From an uncultured Gemmatimonadales bacterium (lineage in GTDB: Bacteria > Gemmatimonadota > Gemmatimonadetes > Longimicrobiales > RSA9), in contig CAWAMW010000007.1 in NCBI GenBank assembly GCA_963783305.1, positions 320,001 through 384,000 on the forward strand: a stretch of DNA of 64,000 nucleotides, given 5' to 3'. Shown here one piece after another: positions 16,747 to 25,631 of the stretch (within the stretch, counting starts at the first letter, position 1; each line of letters opens with the position of its first letter). The notes below the pieces were generated by a model that was given only the letters and a program-made list of their open reading frames with translations, did no database searches and was not told the origin of the DNA. The translations under genes and the position numbers were made by a program.

Positions 16747-18068
16747 CAGGAGCCCTCCCCGTCCGCCTCCCCCGTCGGCTGGGTGGTGAGCGGCGCAGCC
16801 GGGCTCGGTGTGGCCCCGGTGCCCGCGCGGTGCCCGGGCGCCCGTAGCTCTGCCGCCGCCTCCTTCAGCTCCACCAGCTTGTACAGGAGCTCGTAGTTGC
16901 CGTGCCACTGGACGAGGTCCGCGCCGCCCATGAATGCGCCGTGCTTCGTCGTGCGGCCGAAGTAGTGCCAGAAGTCGAAATAGGTGAACTCAATGGTTTC
17001 GTCGTAGGGCTCCGGCGTCAGCAGACCCTCGTCCCGGAGCCCCTGCATGATCGCCTGCGCCTCGCGCACTTTCTCGTTGGTGGCGACCACCACCTCCTCC
17101 GCACGCTCGTAGAACGATTCGGTGTGGCCCTCCGTATGGCAGTTCATGCACATGGACTTCATCTCCTGCTGCCCCTGCAGGTAGGTGGGCCGCTTCTCAC
17201 TCACCGCGGCGAAGAGCCAGTAGCTCAGCCGCTCCGTCACGTCGTGGGTAGGACTGAGACCCTCCAGCCCGCTCATGTGGCACGTGCTGCACGTAGGAAC
17301 CGGCATGTCCTCCACCGTCAGCTCCATGGGCTTCGCGGCCAGGTTCATCTCGTCTCCCTGGATCGCGAACAGGACCCCGTGCTTCGACTCCTCGTAGATC
17401 TCGATCTGCGAGTGGTCCGGACCCATGTGGCACTGCCCGCACGTTCGCGGCGTCCGCGCCAGCTCCACCGAGGCCATGTGCCGGGAGTGACACGCCGTGC
17501 ACGTCCCGATGCTCCCGTCGGGGTTCGGCCGCCCGATGGAGTGACACGCTTCACACCCGCTCGCGATGGCCGCCTCTCCCTCCAGAATCGCCAGGTCGTT
17601 CGGCGCACGGTCCACGGCGCCCGGGTGGAACTGTTCGGCAAAGGCCACCTGCTCGTCCGTGAACGGCTCCGGCCCCCGCACCGCCGCGAACGCCGGCGCC
17701 GCATGCCGGCTGCGCAGGAACTCACGGTACTGCGTCGCGTGACACTGATCGCAGTTCAGCGCTGTCACGCCACTCGTGATCATGAAGCCCCGGTGCTCCG
17801 TCCCCACCTGATCGCCCACCGGCTGATGACAATCCAGGCACGTCGTACCCACCTTCGCGTGCTGGCTCCGCTCGTACTCCGCCACGATGGCCGGTGTCTC
17901 GTCACGGTGGCACGAGGCGCACTTCCCCGACGCCCGCACCAGCTCAGCCGTCGGTTGAGCCACTTCCACATTCGGACGTCTGGAGTGGATCAGGAAGGCC
18001 GCCAGCAGGAGAGCCGTGGCCAGCAGGACCGCCGCAAAGATGGATCGAAAGAGTGTCATCTGCCTCAT
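16746..18068 (-). CDS. Octaheme cytochrome c of the hydroxylamine oxidoreductase (HAO) family
   Basis: Eight CxxCH motifs (CASCH, CLDCH, CDQCH, CEACH, CTACH, CGQCH, CSTCH, CMNCH); HAO-family motif CGQCHMGPDHSQIEIYEESKHG; N-terminal hydrophobic anchor. Confidence 0.92.
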   Translation of the reverse strand: MRQMTLFRSIFAAVLLATALLLAAFLIHSRRPNVEVAQPTAELVRASGKCASCHRDETPAIVAEYERSQHAKVGTTCLDCHQPVGDQVGTEHRGFMITSGVTALNCDQCHATQYREFLRSRHAAPAFAAVRGPEPFTDEQVAFAEQFHPGAVDRAPNDLAILEGEAAIASGCEACHSIGRPNPDGSIGTCTACHSRHMASVELARTPRTCGQCHMGPDHSQIEIYEESKHGVLFAIQGDEMNLAAKPMELTVEDMPVPTCSTCHMSGLEGLSPTHDVTERLSYWLFAAVSEKRPTYLQGQQEMKSMCMNCHTEGHTESFYERAEEVVVATNEKVREAQAIMQGLRDEGLLTPEPYDETIEFTYFDFWHYFGRTTKHGAFMGGADLVQWHGNYELLYKLVELKEAAAELRAPGHRAGTGATPSPAAPLTTQPTGEADGEGS

Positions 18069-18103
18069 CGCATCGATTGGTGTTGAACCCGTTGAGGGCC
18101 GCC

Positions 18104-18119
18104 TGCACACCTGATACCA
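18104..18119 (-). promoter_or_regulatory. sigma54-like promoter of the octaheme operon
   Basis: Minus strand TGGTATCAGGTGTGCA, GG-N10-GC, about 35 nt before the ATG. Confidence 0.55.
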
Positions 18120-18212
18120 GCGCGTGCACCGTCGGAGCTCTCCGCGTGCCGAGGCGGCGGCGAAGTCGTATTCTGCACGGGTCACGAACGATACTCAAGC
18201 CCGGAACTCAGG

Positions 18213-19565
18213 ATGCCGAACAGCCATGTCCGTCGACGCCTCCGCCGACCCGTCCGTCGACGGGCCCTCCGCTCGGTTTACGGCTCACTCTGCCGCTCCG
18301 TCCCCGGGGCGCTGCTTCTCTGCCTGTCGGTAGCGCTCCCCGCGGCCGCCCAGGAACCGGTGACGCTGATCCGTGCCGATAGGGTGTTCGACGGCCGCGA
18401 CATGCACGAAGGCTGGGCGGTTGCGGTCCAGGGGGAGCGGATCGTGGCGGTGGGGCCGGCCGCCGACGTGGAGGCCGGCGGCGCCACCGTCGTAGATCTT
18501 CCTGGCACCACGCTGCTGCCCGGCCTGATCGAGGGCCACAGCCACATGTTCCTGCACCCGTACGACGAGGTGGCGTGGAACGACCAGGTGCTCGTGGAGT
18601 CCCGGGCGGAGCGGACCATCCGGGCGGCCCGGCACGCGGAGGCCACGTTGCGGGCCGGCTTTACCACCGCGCGCGACCTGGGCACGGAGGGCGCTGGTTA
18701 TGCCGACCAGGGGCTGAAGGATGCGATCGAGAAGGGGGTGATCGTCGGACCCCGACTTCTCATTGCCACGAAAGCCATTGTCGCCACCGGATCGTACGGC
18801 CCCAGGGGCTTCGCTCCGGAGCTGGACATACTCCTGGGGGCCGAGGCGGCCGACGCCGCCGATCTCGTCCGCGTGGTGCGCGACCAGATCGGCCACGGGG
18901 CCGACTGGGTCAAGGTCTACGCCGACTACCGCTGGGGTCCCGGGGGCGCTGCCATGCCGACGTTCACGGAGGCGGAGCTGCGGACCATCGTGGAGACGGC
19001 CGCCAGCAGCGGCCGGAAGGTCTCCGCCCACGCGGCCACCGCCGAGGGCATGCGCCGTGCGACCCGCGCCGGGGTCGCCACCATCGAGCACGGCGACGGG
19101 GGCACCCCCGAGGTGTTCCGTCTCATGGCGGAGCGCGGGGTCGGCCTCTGCCCCACGCTGGCGGCCTCGTACGAGATCGCGCGATACGGCGGCTGGAACC
19201 CGGGAGCATCGCCCGAGCCCGCGCGGGTGCGGGACAGTCGAGCGTCGTTCGAAGCGGCGCTCGCGGCCGGCGTGCCCATGTGCCTGGGCGGCGACGTGGG
19301 CGTGTTCGACCACGGGGAGAACGCCCTCGAGGCGGAGCTGATGGTCCAATACGGAATGGAGCCGCTGGCCGTGCTTCGCGCCGCCACCTCCGGCAACGCG
19401 GCGATGCTCGACACCCCCGATCGCGGCACCATCGCGCCGGGCCAGCTGGCCGACCTGGTGGCGGTGGCGGGGGACCCGAGCACCGACATTGCTCGGCTGC
19501 GGCAGGTGCGCTGGGTGATGAAGGGCGGGCGGGTTCCCGCGTTCGAGCCGACGCCGGAGAGGTGA
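18213..19565 (+). CDS. Exported metal-dependent amidohydrolase (Xaa-Pro dipeptidase/imidazolonepropionase-like)
   Basis: Signal peptide ending AAAQ; PGLIEGHSH, GFTTARDLG, DWVKVY, AHA, TIEHG, GDVG, G.IAPG.LADLV; start uncertain. Confidence 0.9.
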   Translation: MPNSHVRRRLRRPVRRRALRSVYGSLCRSVPGALLLCLSVALPAAAQEPVTLIRADRVFDGRDMHEGWAVAVQGERIVAVGPAADVEAGGATVVDLPGTTLLPGLIEGHSHMFLHPYDEVAWNDQVLVESRAERTIRAARHAEATLRAGFTTARDLGTEGAGYADQGLKDAIEKGVIVGPRLLIATKAIVATGSYGPRGFAPELDILLGAEAADAADLVRVVRDQIGHGADWVKVYADYRWGPGGAAMPTFTEAELRTIVETAASSGRKVSAHAATAEGMRRATRAGVATIEHGDGGTPEVFRLMAERGVGLCPTLAASYEIARYGGWNPGASPEPARVRDSRASFEAALAAGVPMCLGGDVGVFDHGENALEAELMVQYGMEPLAVLRAATSGNAAMLDTPDRGTIAPGQLADLVAVAGDPSTDIARLRQVRWVMKGGRVPAFEPTPER

Positions 19566-19571
19566 CGCAGG

Positions 19572-19603
19572 GGCGGCCGGCCGATCGCAAACGGCCGGCC
19601 GCC
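19572..19603 (+). terminator. Perfect 12-bp GC hairpin immediately after the amidohydrolase stop
   Basis: GGCGGCCGGCCG-ATCGCAAA-CGGCCGGCCGCC; no U-tract. Confidence 0.5.
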
Positions 19604-19661
19604 GACCTTGCAGCGCCCTGGGGGCATGGTCCGGGGGACGCGAGATCTCGGGGTCTTGCAC

Positions 19662-19677
19662 TGGCGCGGCGCTTGCG
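19662..19677 (+). promoter_or_regulatory. sigma54 -24/-12 promoter of the EcsC-like gene
   Basis: TGGCGCGGCGCTTGCG, near-consensus, about 35 nt before the ATG at 19712. Confidence 0.65.
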
Positions 19678-19711
19678 CGTCATGGCGCCAAAACACAGCA
19701 CGGAGAGGACC

Positions 19712-20356
19712 ATGCGAGGAGGAATGCTCAGGCGGCTGTACGACCGGGTAAACGACGGGCTCCCGGTGCTTGGCACTCCCAGCGAGCTCGCCGCCCGCCT
19801 CCTCGAGGAAACCGGCAGTCCCGAGAATGCGGCGGATGCGGCGATCTCCCTCGCCACGGTCCTGGGCGGCGGGACGGGATTCCTGTTCGGCCTGCCGGGA
19901 TTCCTGCTCACCCCGATCACACTCCCGGCCAACATTGTGGGCGCGGCCGGCATCCAGCTCCACATGGCGGGCACGATCGCGGCCATCGGCGGACGCGACC
20001 CCAACGATCCCCAGGTCCGCGCCGAATGCCTGGCCTGCCTCGAGCAGAAGGTGGCACGACCGGGGCGAAACGAGCCACAGGAAGAGGTGGCCGTTCGTGC
20101 GGGGATCAAGATCCTCGAGCGGCTCGTCCGTCTGGCTGGCGAGCAGGCGGCGCGCGGGGCCGGCTGGGCGACCAGGCGTGTGCTCCTCCGCAGGATCGGC
20201 CGGCGCATTCCGGGGCTCGGAGGGATCATCGGTGCCGGATCCGATGGCCTCATGACCCGGCATGTGGGACGGTGCGCCCGAGACATGTTCCTGGGCCGCG
20301 ACCCGAGCTCGAGTCAGCCGATCTCCGGGGACCCCGGTTCCGGGCCTCGCTCCTGA
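19712..20356 (+). CDS. EcsC-family protein
   Basis: GF..GLPGFLLTPITLPANI...IQLHM...IAAIGG.D...P.V; IPGLGGIIGAGSD; GGAGAGG RBS. Confidence 0.75.
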   Translation: MRGGMLRRLYDRVNDGLPVLGTPSELAARLLEETGSPENAADAAISLATVLGGGTGFLFGLPGFLLTPITLPANIVGAAGIQLHMAGTIAAIGGRDPNDPQVRAECLACLEQKVARPGRNEPQEEVAVRAGIKILERLVRLAGEQAARGAGWATRRVLLRRIGRRIPGLGGIIGAGSDGLMTRHVGRCARDMFLGRDPSSSQPISGDPGSGPRS

Positions 20357-20434
20357 CCCGGCGGGGCCCGCATCCCGGAGCCAGCTACCGCGCGGGTCGG
20401 GTCGACAGGCGAGTGTCGCCGGCGGATCGAGGCT

Positions 20435-20848
20435 TCAGACGTCGAGCGCCTCGCACGCACGGTCGAACTCCTCCGGTCGGAGGTAGAGAATGTAGCCGTA
20501 GCTCTTCTCGCCGCTGGCGACGCCGGTGGAGGCGTACACGTTGACGCCCGCGCGATGGAGCTTCTCGTGGACCGACACCAACACCCCTGGTGCGTCCTTG
20601 CCCTGGACCAGGAGGGCGTGGTGCGGGCCCTCCAGGTCGAAGCCCGCCTGACGGCCCTGCTCCCTGAGCCGGGCGGGGTCATCGGGAAATATGCTGAGCT
20701 GGGTCTGGAGCATTCCCACGGGTATGGCCGTGAGCGCCAGCATGTTGACCCCAAGCTGATCCAGCGCGGAAAGGAAGCGGAGCGCTTCCCCCGGCCGGTC
20801 CTGCACGGTGGTGTAGTAGTACTCGACCCTGCGAACCTCGTGCGCCAT
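20435..20848 (-). CDS. Tandem ACT-like domain protein
   Basis: VQDRPGEA...L.QLGVNM and GKDAPGVL...LHRAGVNV; GGAGG RBS. Confidence 0.75.
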   Translation of the reverse strand: MAHEVRRVEYYYTTVQDRPGEALRFLSALDQLGVNMLALTAIPVGMLQTQLSIFPDDPARLREQGRQAGFDLEGPHHALLVQGKDAPGVLVSVHEKLHRAGVNVYASTGVASGEKSYGYILYLRPEEFDRACEALDV

Positions 20849-20962
20849 GGCTGCCTCCGTGGTCGGGAACCGTAGCCGGTGAGCCGAAGCCTGTAGTCCG
20901 AGCGGGAGGGGCACTTCAATATACGGGCTGGCGGAGCGGGCGTCAGGGACGATGACGGCCCT

Positions 20963-22891
20963 TCAGCGCGAGGCGTCGGGCAGCGGCCGGGTCAGGCTCT
21001 CCTGCGCCTCCCGGCGTTCCAGCAGCTCCGCCGTGAGGGGGAGGAGGTCCCGCTCGCTGAGAATTCCTACGAGCTTCCCGCCCTCGAGCACTGGCAGGCA
21101 GGAGAGGGAGTGCTCGCGCATGAGACGGATGGCGGCGGTCACGGGGGTGTCGGCGGGCATGGTCCGCGGGTTTCGCGTCATGATGTCCCGGATGGGGATC
21201 GCCTGCAGCTCGTCCAGGCGTCGGGTCCTGAGGAGGCGTAGGACGGCGCGATACGAGAGAATGCCGACGAGCTCCAGGTCCTGGTTCTCCACCAGGATCT
21301 GGCGGGTGCGCTCCCGGTCCATCATGAAGAGCGCCAGGTCCAGCGACTCGTCTTCCTGGAGGGTGAACAACCGGCTGGTCATGTACTGGTCGACCGTGGG
21401 GCCGATGGCGCCCGCCCACTCCTCGATCCGGGCCAGACCCCATTCGTGGACCGGCCGCCCGGTCTTCTGCCGGGCGATCAGCCCGGAGGTGAGGGCGGCG
21501 CAGCGCTCGGGGCGAGTGGCCGCCCCGGCCATGGCCGCAGCCGATTCCTCGAGCCAGCGGGAGCCGGTCCGGTTGCGGTGGACCCGCTGGTCGATGATGT
21601 GGAGGTAGCGGTCGGCCTCGTCGGGGTCCACACCGAGGGACCGGAGGCCGTCCCCGGCCAGCGGAATGAGTCGCTCGCGGATGAGAGCGCGAGCAGGGAT
21701 GCTCTCGCCGTCGATCCAGGCAAAGCCAGCATCGAGCCCCCGTCGGGCCGCGGCGAAGAAGTTGGCGCGGGCGTCGCTGAAGGCGAGCCGGTCGGCCAGG
21801 TCCGGGTAGTGGTCGGGACCGGCGACGACCAGGCCGAGCCAGAAGGCGGCATTGGCGATCTCGTCCACGACCGTGGGCCCCGCCGGGAGAGCACGGGATT
21901 CGATCCGGAGGTGGGGCCGTCCATCGATGACGCCGTAGCAGGGGCGGTTCCAGCGGTAGACGGTGCCGTTGTGGAGCTGGAGGCAGTGGAGCCCGGGGAT
22001 GCCGCCGGAGTCCAGAACGGCGAGGGAGTCCTCGCCCGGTTCGCGGGTGACGAGGGGTCGGAACCGGGTGATGTCCTCCTGGAAGAGCTCGACCACCGAC
22101 TCGCGCACCCACGCATCGCCGAAGCGGACACGGGGGGTGATCTCCCGCAGCGCCGGGGACGCCACGCGGGTGTCCATGGTCTGGCGGAAGACGGCGATGC
22201 GTGTCTCGGCCCAGAGCCGCTTGCCGAAGAGGAAGGGGGAGTTGGTGGCGGCGGCGAGGACGGGGGCGATCATCGCCTGGGCGGCGTTGTAGGCGCCGGC
22301 GAACTCCCGGGCGCCCACCTGGAGGTGGACCTGGAAGCTGGTGTTGCACGCCTCCAGCATCATGGAATCGTGCTCGATGCGGAGTTCGTCGGTGCCGGTG
22401 ATATGGAGGTGGAGGCGTCCGCCGGCGAGCCGCATGGTGGCGTCGTTGAGGGACCTGTAGCGGTCGCGCGGCGTCATGTTGGCGAGGGTCAGGTCGCGCT
22501 GGGCGAGGCAGGGAAGGATCCCGGTCATCGCCACGTCGGCGCCGAACCGCGCGGCGACCCGCTCCACGTCGGCGACCCGGCGGCCCAATTCGGCCTCCAT
22601 GGTGGAGAGCAGGCCGGGACCGGCCCGCACGGGCGGGAGGTTCACCTCGAGGTTGAAGCGCGCCAGCTCAGTGGTGACCCGGTCGTCGTGGATCTGGTCC
22701 AGGACCTCCATGGCGACGGGTGCGGGGCGGCGGCGAGCATCGACCAGCACCAGCTCCTGCTCCGCACCCACCCGGCGGACTCCCTCCTCGAGGAGCCCTT
22801 CCGCCAGGATCCGCTCGAGAGCGCGCAGGTCCTGGAGGAGTCCCCGCGTGAACGCGGCGGTGGAGCGGGACTCCTGAGGTGACTGTATCAT
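20963..22891 (-). CDS. Glutamate--cysteine ligase (GCS2) family protein with C-terminal CBS pair
   Basis: VGAEQEL, TELARFNLE, EACNTSFQVH, NSPFLFG, HNGTVYRWNRPCY, LRIESR; CBS motifs IMTRNP and LVGILSERD. Confidence 0.9.
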   Translation of the reverse strand: MIQSPQESRSTAAFTRGLLQDLRALERILAEGLLEEGVRRVGAEQELVLVDARRRPAPVAMEVLDQIHDDRVTTELARFNLEVNLPPVRAGPGLLSTMEAELGRRVADVERVAARFGADVAMTGILPCLAQRDLTLANMTPRDRYRSLNDATMRLAGGRLHLHITGTDELRIEHDSMMLEACNTSFQVHLQVGAREFAGAYNAAQAMIAPVLAAATNSPFLFGKRLWAETRIAVFRQTMDTRVASPALREITPRVRFGDAWVRESVVELFQEDITRFRPLVTREPGEDSLAVLDSGGIPGLHCLQLHNGTVYRWNRPCYGVIDGRPHLRIESRALPAGPTVVDEIANAAFWLGLVVAGPDHYPDLADRLAFSDARANFFAAARRGLDAGFAWIDGESIPARALIRERLIPLAGDGLRSLGVDPDEADRYLHIIDQRVHRNRTGSRWLEESAAAMAGAATRPERCAALTSGLIARQKTGRPVHEWGLARIEEWAGAIGPTVDQYMTSRLFTLQEDESLDLALFMMDRERTRQILVENQDLELVGILSYRAVLRLLRTRRLDELQAIPIRDIMTRNPRTMPADTPVTAAIRLMREHSLSCLPVLEGGKLVGILSERDLLPLTAELLERREAQESLTRPLPDASR

Positions 22892-22925
22892 CGTCCGACC
22901 CGATCGAGTGGCGCCGCTCCCGGCC

Positions 22926-23900
22926 TCAGCTCCAGCCGACGCCGCCCAGCTTGAAGAAGGCCGCCTCTTCCACGTACTCCTCCGTGAGGGCCGCCACCCG
23001 GGTTAGCTCCGCCGGGCCCATGGGTTCGAACGCAGTGGCGATGCGGACGTTCTCCTCGAGCTGAGTCACGGTGTCGACCCCGATGATGACCGTGCTGACG
23101 GGGTGCGACAGGACCCAACCCATGGAATCGCTCATGGTCCGCAGGCCGGTATCCCGAAAGATCCGTCCCCGGCAGGCCAGCTTCATGGCGATGACCCCCA
23201 TCCCCTTGCGATTCGCCAGCGGCAGAAGTTCGGTGGCGAAGGGGGTGAGGTGCGGATCCGTGGGGTTGAGGGCCAGGAGGATCGTATCGAAGTCGAAGCG
23301 CTCGAGGGCGTTCATGAGGGGAGCCGGGTCGTAGTGACCGGTGATCCCGAGGTTCTTCACGATGCCCTGCTCCTTCGCCTCGACCAGCGCGTCCATGGCG
23401 CCGCCGGGCGCGAAGATGCGGTCCACCTCGTCCTGCCGGGTGATGTTGTGGATCTGCCATAGATCCAGGTGGTCCGTCTGCAGAGACCGGAGGCTGTCCT
23501 CCAGGAGCCCCATGGACTCGTCCCGTGACCGGAGGTGCGTCTTCGTAGCCAGGAACACCTCGTCCCTGCGGGTCTTCATGACCTTGCCGATGTAGCGCTG
23601 GCTGATGCCGCGACCATAGGCCGCCGCGGTGTCGATGTAGTTGACGCCGAGGTCCAGCGCCCGGTGGATGATCTCCACCGCCTGCCCCTCGCGCCCGGGC
23701 TGCTCCAGCGTGGCCTGGCCGCCGAGGCTGAAGAGGCGGACCTGGTGACCGGTCGAGCCCAGCGGGCGGCTGGGCATGGGTCCCAGGGGCGCAGCGGGTC
23801 CGTGGGCCCGCAGGGGCGCCGCGGCGCCCACGGCGAGACCGGCGGCGCCGGCCGCGCCCAGCTTGAAGAAATCGCGTCGCTTCAGGTCACCGGCATCCAT
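22926..23900 (-). CDS. Aldo/keto reductase with twin-arginine signal
   Basis: KRRDFFK Tat motif; catalytic tetrad in DTAAAYG, ATKT and QIHN; LEENV. Confidence 0.9.
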   Translation of the reverse strand: MDAGDLKRRDFFKLGAAGAAGLAVGAAAPLRAHGPAAPLGPMPSRPLGSTGHQVRLFSLGGQATLEQPGREGQAVEIIHRALDLGVNYIDTAAAYGRGISQRYIGKVMKTRRDEVFLATKTHLRSRDESMGLLEDSLRSLQTDHLDLWQIHNITRQDEVDRIFAPGGAMDALVEAKEQGIVKNLGITGHYDPAPLMNALERFDFDTILLALNPTDPHLTPFATELLPLANRKGMGVIAMKLACRGRIFRDTGLRTMSDSMGWVLSHPVSTVIIGVDTVTQLEENVRIATAFEPMGPAELTRVAALTEEYVEEAAFFKLGGVGWS

Positions 23901-24042
23901 GGCTGCCTCCGGAAGGTGTGGTCGTGTACGGGCAGGGCCGGGGTCCAGTGGGATGGTGGTGGAGCGGCCGTCTGGGCGCAAGCTCGAGCCCGACCGGCGT
24001 GGTGCGGGACGGGCTCGGCGAGGGCGGTGATGGCGGTTTACC

Positions 24043-24666
24043 CTAGGAGGGCGGCCGCTGTCCCGTCAGCAGAAAGAGCGGGTACTCCCTCATCTCGCCC
24101 TGCCGTTCCTTGTGCATCACGTGGGCCGTGACCGCCTGAGCCCCCAGGAGTCCCAGCTGTTGCAGGCGAGAGACCAGCACGTCGCGGTCGAAACCCTGGT
24201 GCAGGTCGGGGTTTGGCGGATCGTGGAAGGTGCCATCCTCGGTGTCCAGGTCCGACAGCGCCAGCCAGCCCCCCGGCTGGAGGTGGTCCGCCAGAAAGCG
24301 CAGGACAGCGGTAGGATCCTGGACGTGGTGCAGCGTCATTGCGGAGGCGATCACGTCGTAGCGGCCGGGTAGTACCGGCGCCTCCGGATCGAAGCGGACG
24401 ACGCGCCCGGTGGTATGTCCTCCGGCCTGGAGCTTCCGCTCCACCTGCTGCAGCATGCCCTCCGACGGGTCGGCGAAGGTGACCGAAGCGACGTGGGGGA
24501 GGAGAAGGAAACCCAGCAGCCCCGTGCCGCTCCCGAAATCGAGGGCGTGGGTGTCCGGCCGCAGGGGCACCACTTCCCGGATCCGGCGGGCGATCGCCTC
24601 GGCCCGCCGGATCCGGTCGGGGCTCTGGTCCCAGCTCTCGGCCTTTTCGTCGAACTCGTGGCTCAC
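24043..24666 (-). CDS. Class I SAM-dependent methyltransferase
   Basis: FDEKAESWD, LDFGSGTGLL, MTLHHV, LQPGG, DLDTEDGTFH; GTGA overlap with the etfA stop. Confidence 0.88.
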   Translation of the reverse strand: MSHEFDEKAESWDQSPDRIRRAEAIARRIREVVPLRPDTHALDFGSGTGLLGFLLLPHVASVTFADPSEGMLQQVERKLQAGGHTTGRVVRFDPEAPVLPGRYDVIASAMTLHHVQDPTAVLRFLADHLQPGGWLALSDLDTEDGTFHDPPNPDLHQGFDRDVLVSRLQQLGLLGAQAVTAHVMHKERQGEMREYPLFLLTGQRPPS

Positions 24667-25631
24667 CGACTCGCCCGGATCTTCTCGGTCAGCACCGGGA
24701 GCAGATCCATCAGGTCGGCCACCACACCCACATTGGCCTCCTGGAAGATGGGGGCCTTCGGGTTCTTGTTGACGGCGAGCATCCACGGGTTGCCCTTGAT
24801 GCCGCCCATGTGCTGGAACGAGCCGCTGATGCCGAGGGCAAGGTAGACCTTGGGCTGGACGGTCTTGCCCGACGTGCCGACCTGCCGGGACGGGTCGAGC
24901 CACTTGGCGTCGACGATGGGGCGGGAACAGGACACCGCCGCCCCCATGGCCTCGCTCAGCTCCTCCACCAGCTCGAGGTTCTCCTGGTCCTCGATCCCGC
25001 GTCCCACGGAGACGAGCACCTCCTCGCGGGTGATGTCCACGTCGCCGACCTCGGCCTCGAGCACTTCCACGAACCTGCGGCGCGCGGTGACGCCGTCGGC
25101 GTCCGCAGACCGGTCCACCACCTCGCCGGCCGCAGCGCCGGCATCCGCGGCGGGGAAGGCGCCGGGGCGCACCGTGATGACCGCGCCGCTGGAGACATCG
25201 CAGCGGACGTGCGTCGAGACCTGACCGGTGAACTCCTGACGGACGACCTTCAGCGTGGTCCCATCCAGTCCACCCGCGCGCACGACATCGGGGACATACG
25301 GGGCTCCGAGCTTTACCGACAGCCCCGGCCCGAGGTCGATCCCGAAGGTGGTGTGGGGCAGCAGCACGATGGCTCCGGCGGGAAGCGCCTTCACGAGGAT
25401 CGGGCGCAGCAGCTCCGCGTTCGGATACGACAGCGGCTCCCCATCGAGCTTCCAGACCTCGCTGAAGGAGGCCGCCGCGTCCCGGGCCACCGCGTCCACA
25501 TCGGACCCGGCGACGATGGCAGTGGGCTGGCTTCCGGGGAACAGCTGCTGGGCGGCGGTCGCGAGCTCCAGGGTGGAGTCGTCGATCGTGCCCCCGGCGT
25601 GCGTGACGTAGACAAAGATTCTGGTGTCCAT
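24663..25631 (-). CDS. etfA: Electron transfer flavoprotein alpha subunit
   Basis: VSVGRG, CSRPIVD, QVGTSGKTV, ALGISGSFQHMGG, AVNKNPKAPIF. Confidence 0.95.
   Translation of the reverse strand: MDTRIFVYVTHAGGTIDDSTLELATAAQQLFPGSQPTAIVAGSDVDAVARDAAASFSEVWKLDGEPLSYPNAELLRPILVKALPAGAIVLLPHTTFGIDLGPGLSVKLGAPYVPDVVRAGGLDGTTLKVVRQEFTGQVSTHVRCDVSSGAVITVRPGAFPAADAGAAAGEVVDRSADADGVTARRRFVEVLEAEVGDVDITREEVLVSVGRGIEDQENLELVEELSEAMGAAVSCSRPIVDAKWLDPSRQVGTSGKTVQPKVYLALGISGSFQHMGGIKGNPWMLAVNKNPKAPIFQEANVGVVADLMDLLPVLTEKIRASR

Noticed and set aside
16746..18068. Interpretation as evidence of ammonia oxidation or anammox
   Set aside because: No amo, cycA/cycB or hzs genes in the window, and the cross-link Tyr appears to be absent
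18575..19711. Apparent 593-aa ORF fused to the EcsC-like domain
   Set aside because: The upstream part is an alternate frame over the amidohydrolase; the real start is near 19712 with its own RBS and promoter
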